Positions 55,213-55,683 of a DNA stretch of 55,683 nt are shown here, piece by piece. Every line of letters begins with the position of its first letter. The stretch's first letter is position 1. Where the stretch lies: positions 1 through 55,683 of the IMG/VR virus record IMGVR_UViG_3300023174_000203, one strand, 5' to 3'. The DNA is from a virus (lineage: Duplodnaviria; Caudoviricetes). A program made the translations under genes and the position numbers. Under the pieces are notes generated by a model. That model had not been told where the DNA came from. It saw only the letters and a list, made by a program, of their open reading frames with translations, and ran no database searches.

Positions 55213-55614
55213 TTATTCCTTATTTGCAGCAAGCATCTTCTGCAGATCTGCTGTAGTCAATATTAAATTATTATTAATAGTTTGTGGGCCTTCTTTTTTA
55301 TCAGAGGCCGCAATTTCTTTTTTCTTTTTTGATAGATCTAGAAGATCTTTATTTGCACTTACGATCGTATTAATCAGCGTAGAGATAACTTCATACGCTC
55401 TTGGGTGCTGTGATTGATCTGCAATATCAATTAATTGTTCTAGTGCTTCTGTTCCATTATCAATAGCACCTTTGATATTATCTCTTGCGTAATCAAAGTC
55501 TTCCTCAGCTGTTGTTTGAGGTACATATGGTGCAACTTTATTACTTGGAGCCATCTCAATTACATTAACATCAGTAATTGATCTCAATCCCAGTGATTGA
55601 TCGATATCATTCAT
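55213..55614 (-). CDS. 16: Terminase small subunit (gp16)
   Basis: DFDYARDN, HPRAYEV, TTADLQKML. Confidence 0.93.
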   Translation of the reverse strand: MNDIDQSLGLRSITDVNVIEMAPSNKVAPYVPQTTAEEDFDYARDNIKGAIDNGTEALEQLIDIADQSQHPRAYEVISTLINTIVSANKDLLDLSKKKKEIAASDKKEGPQTINNNLILTTADLQKMLAANKE

Positions 55615-55682
55615 TCAGGGACTCCTAAAAAGTCTTTGATAAATCCATAATTGTCTGAAGCTTTAATATTTGCTATTGGAAT
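55611..55682 (-). CDS. C-terminal fragment, probably tail sheath stabiliser gp15
   Basis: ...IKASDNYGFIKDFLGVPE*, ATGA-coupled to gp16; T4 synteny. Confidence 0.55.
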   Translation of the reverse strand: MPIANIKASDNYGFIKDFLGVPE

Positions 55683-55683
55683 A

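Overview
A 55.7-kb, AT-rich segment of a large T4-like myovirus, probably infecting a Gram-negative host because it encodes spanins. Almost every gene is on the minus strand. In transcription order (right to left) it holds: gp15 (end), gp16, 17, 18, 19, 20, 67, 68, 21, 22, 23 and 3; uvsY, uvsW, gp55, 47, 46; peptide deformylase; a DNA-modification island; gp45, 44, 62, regA; two tRNAs; hsp20; gp43; uvsX and gp41; accessory genes; large modular head proteins; a lysis cassette; gp61 primase; and partial thyX. The main candidate new system is the ~29.5-37.3 kb island. It pairs a clear T4 gp42-type dCMP hydroxymethylase with a distant T4 beta-glucosyltransferase homolog that sits between UDP-glucose 4-epimerase (GalE) and UDP-galactopyranose mutase (Glf). 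This predicts a furanosyl (probably galactofuranosyl) hydroxymethylcytosine DNA modification. A DenB-like nuclease, a dNTPase, a dCMP deaminase and a UDG-like enzyme accompany it. The second highlight is a GIY-YIG homing endonuclease whose neighbouring ligase-like gene has a 2-nt stop-creating insertion, while a copy of the uninterrupted site sits beside the endonuclease's late promoter. Other items are a PlcP-like phospholipase with Pho-box-like repeats, a ROSE-like thermometer on hsp20, an AUU-initiated gene, a TGTAC(T/A)-N17-TATAAT promoter class, and protease-punctuated polyproteins that share modules. All family assignments come from recalled motifs, not from database searches.
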